DNA of 64,000 nucleotides from Trichosphaerium sp. ATCC 40318 (Eukaryota; Protista; Tubulinea): assembly GCA_038496445.1 (NCBI GenBank), contig JALMLS010000124.1:138111-202110 (forward strand), written 5' to 3'. The translations under genes were made by a program, and so were the position numbers. The notes below the pieces were generated by a model. That model had not been told where the DNA came from. It saw only the letters and a program-made list of their open reading frames with translations, and did not search any database. Of this stretch, positions 61,668 to 64,000 are shown piece by piece. The number at the start of each line of letters is the position of its first letter. Within the stretch, counting starts at the first letter, position 1.

Positions 61668-64000
61668 ATGACTGCCAAAAGTGGTAGTTCGTATCCCGTT
61701 CATAGGGCTGCAAAAAAAGGTAATGTTACAGAATTCAAATCGTTGTTGAGGTGCGTCCACTGCGTAATTAGCGTTCTGCGAGTAACGAGAAGCATATAGA
61801 AAAATAAAGGATGGTGTTAATGCATTGGACGCACAATTACAGGCTCCCCTACATCTGGCCGCATACTATGGGTATTATTGTGCATAAATATACGCGTCTT
61901 ACATTTGGTTTAAGCCACAACGATCTAGTAACGCTCCTTTTATCAAAAAACGCTGCTGTCCACCCTAAGGATATCTTTGGGTACGCTTACACTATTTTGC
62001 CCTTTGTGATTTTTTATTGCACAGCCGAACTCCCCTCGCTCTCGCCTCTAAGCAAGGCCATATGTCAGTGGTGCGTATTAAAACCTTTGAACATTAAATT
62101 ATAAAGTGTGAAGCGTAATAAAATACAAAAAGGTTAAAAAAATATTGTCCTACCGCCCAAACACAGTAAATGGAGAAAGCAAGAAGGGAACACAAGTGTG
62201 GTAATTTTTAACGCTTGTATATGTCTTAAATACGTGTCTAGGGGAGACATTGAGGATGGTAGAGGTATGACACCTCTCACGTATGCTGTTAGAAGCAACC
62301 ATGAGCGTGTCGTATTAGCACTCTTAGCAGAAGGGCACGTGTAGCATTTTTGTGATTTTATGTTGGGATCACTGTATTGATTGTTATTTTTTACTGCAGG
62401 CACTTATCGACGCGACAAGACAATGTACACAAAGCAACGAATAAAAAGAGTTTAAAACTCATTTTTTTTTTCAAAAAAGGAGCGCCTCAATAGCATGTTG
62501 CACTATGCTGTATCAGTCAAGGGATCATGCACAAGGGTCATCACAGAACTGTTGAAGTCAGGTATGCAAATCCTTTTAATTTGACAACTCATCTGCTTCA
62601 AGGCGTTGATCCTCTTCGACTTAATGCGAAATGTCAATCAGTTCTTCATGTTGCTGTTCTTTTGAACCATAAAGAATCTTTGAAGACTATATTAGATTTC
62701 TACCATACAGGCTCGCTACCAACGTGTAGGGTTCTGTTATCCCTTGTCGATCATCAAAGGAGAACAGCGAGACAATTGGCAGTCTATAAGAAGCGTCAAG
62801 AGATTATTTCTATTCTTGACAAGAAAATGGAAGAAATACAGTTAGTACATAGGAGTTATAAGACTTGGTCTGTTGATGATGTTGGCTCGTTTATTCAGTT
62901 TACTGGATATCCACATTACAAGTCAAACTTTGTTAAGAATAGTGTTAATGGTGTTGCCCTTGCTAAGGTTGATATGGATTCTTTAAAGACGGATATTGGT
63001 ATAGCCCCATTTGGTCATAGGACGGAGATAATGTCAAGTATTAAGGTGAGAGAACGAGTAATTAAAGACGGGCTGTGGAGTTGATTGTTGTATGTTCTTA
63101 GGAGCTTGTTTTACTTGAGAAAGAACGCGAATCACAGATGCCTGGTGGAAGAAAGAGATCGTTGTCATTGACTAAAGGACTTGATAAAGAAGCATTTATT
63201 CCAGTAGAAGAATTGATCATAGATAATATAATCGGTCAAGGTTTCTGGGTATGTCCGTCTTGTTTTTGTTGTGCTTGGTTTTTAACTTTTGGGTAACAAA
63301 AAAAAGGGTACTGTTAGGTTGGCCACGTGGAGAGAAACACAAGTTGCTGTGAAATCTATCTACAGAGTAATGACGAATGCTAAAGAGTTGTCCATGTTTA
63401 AATCGGAGATTGCGCTTTTAAGTAAATTGCGACATCCGAACATAATAAGGTAAGTTTGGAGAGTTTAAATACACTACAACTTGCAAGTTAAGTTACCAGA
63501 GTTGCGTGACTGACTTTGTCCTTTAGCTTTCTTGGATGGAGTATGCGGGCTTATGAGGATGGAAAAGATATGTTATTATTGGTAACTGAATATATGGGCG
63601 GAGGTAATCTACACACATTGCTGCAGGTACAATCAGAATGATCTTTTCTGTTTTTTTTCTCACATTCTCTACCATTCTTATTGTTTGCTTTAGACTGATA
63701 AGGAGATATTTGTACGGGTGCCAATAATGAGAGAAAACGTAGTGCTTGATATTGTGAAAGGGATGACGTATTTACACGCAAAGAAAGTATGTCGCCCCAA
63801 GATTTCCTTATTTTTTGATGAATTGTTTTCAACACCTAATAGTGTCAACGTTTACAATGTGTAGGTTCTGCACCGTGATTTGAACGCAAAGAATATATTT
63901 TTGGATAATCACTACAGAGCAACTATAGGTGATTTTGTACGTGTAGAGATGAAGAGTCATTTCAAAGCAGTGTAACTAATTATAAAACCAGGGGCTTTCA
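61668..64000 (+). CDS. Ankyrin-repeat + SAM + TKL protein kinase (3' end outside window)
   Basis: Ankyrin APLHLAAYYG and TPLTYAV. SAM WSVDDVGSFI..NSVNG.AL...LKTDIGIAPFGHR. Kinase IGQGFWGTV..VAVK..EIALLSKLRHPNI..HRDLNAKNI..IGDF. Confidence 0.9.

Noticed and set aside
1-64000. tRNA, rRNA and U12-type introns
   Set aside because: No cloverleaf with a GTTCRANYC T-arm, no rRNA-like tract, and no (A/G)TATCCTT donor paired with a TCCTTAAC branch seen by eye.

Overview
Gene-dense, AT-rich eukaryotic nuclear DNA using the standard code. Introns are numerous and short (mostly ~40-140 nt), with GTACG/GTAAG donors, YTAAC-like branch points and at least three GC-AG introns. Gene content and style suggest a free-living protist, probably an amoebozoan (inference only). 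About 25 genes can be read. Conserved housekeeping genes include RPL22, a CCDC86/Cgr1-like gene, AP-3 mu, NAA38, TRAPPC8, WDR82 and EF1-beta. Between them lie accessory pockets containing: a dispersed, intron-poor F-box/'GVHTIDL..VTDEGIKAL' LRR family (three intact copies plus a decayed one), an F-box-MORN-variant gene, a kinase pseudogene, and a 1.2-kb non-autonomous DNA transposon with ~125-bp TIRs, a TGTA target duplication and a CpG-stripped interior. Other notable genes are an intronless, extremely acidic secreted protein with 11-mer repeats, a probably mitochondrion-targeted tandem-repeat protein with introns at fixed repeat positions, a C2-VIT-vWA-TPR-DUF2135 chimera, and a secreted protein with a toxin-like hydrophobic hairpin. 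Exon boundaries were read by eye. Long homopolymers suggest some indel errors, so pseudogene calls need read-level confirmation.
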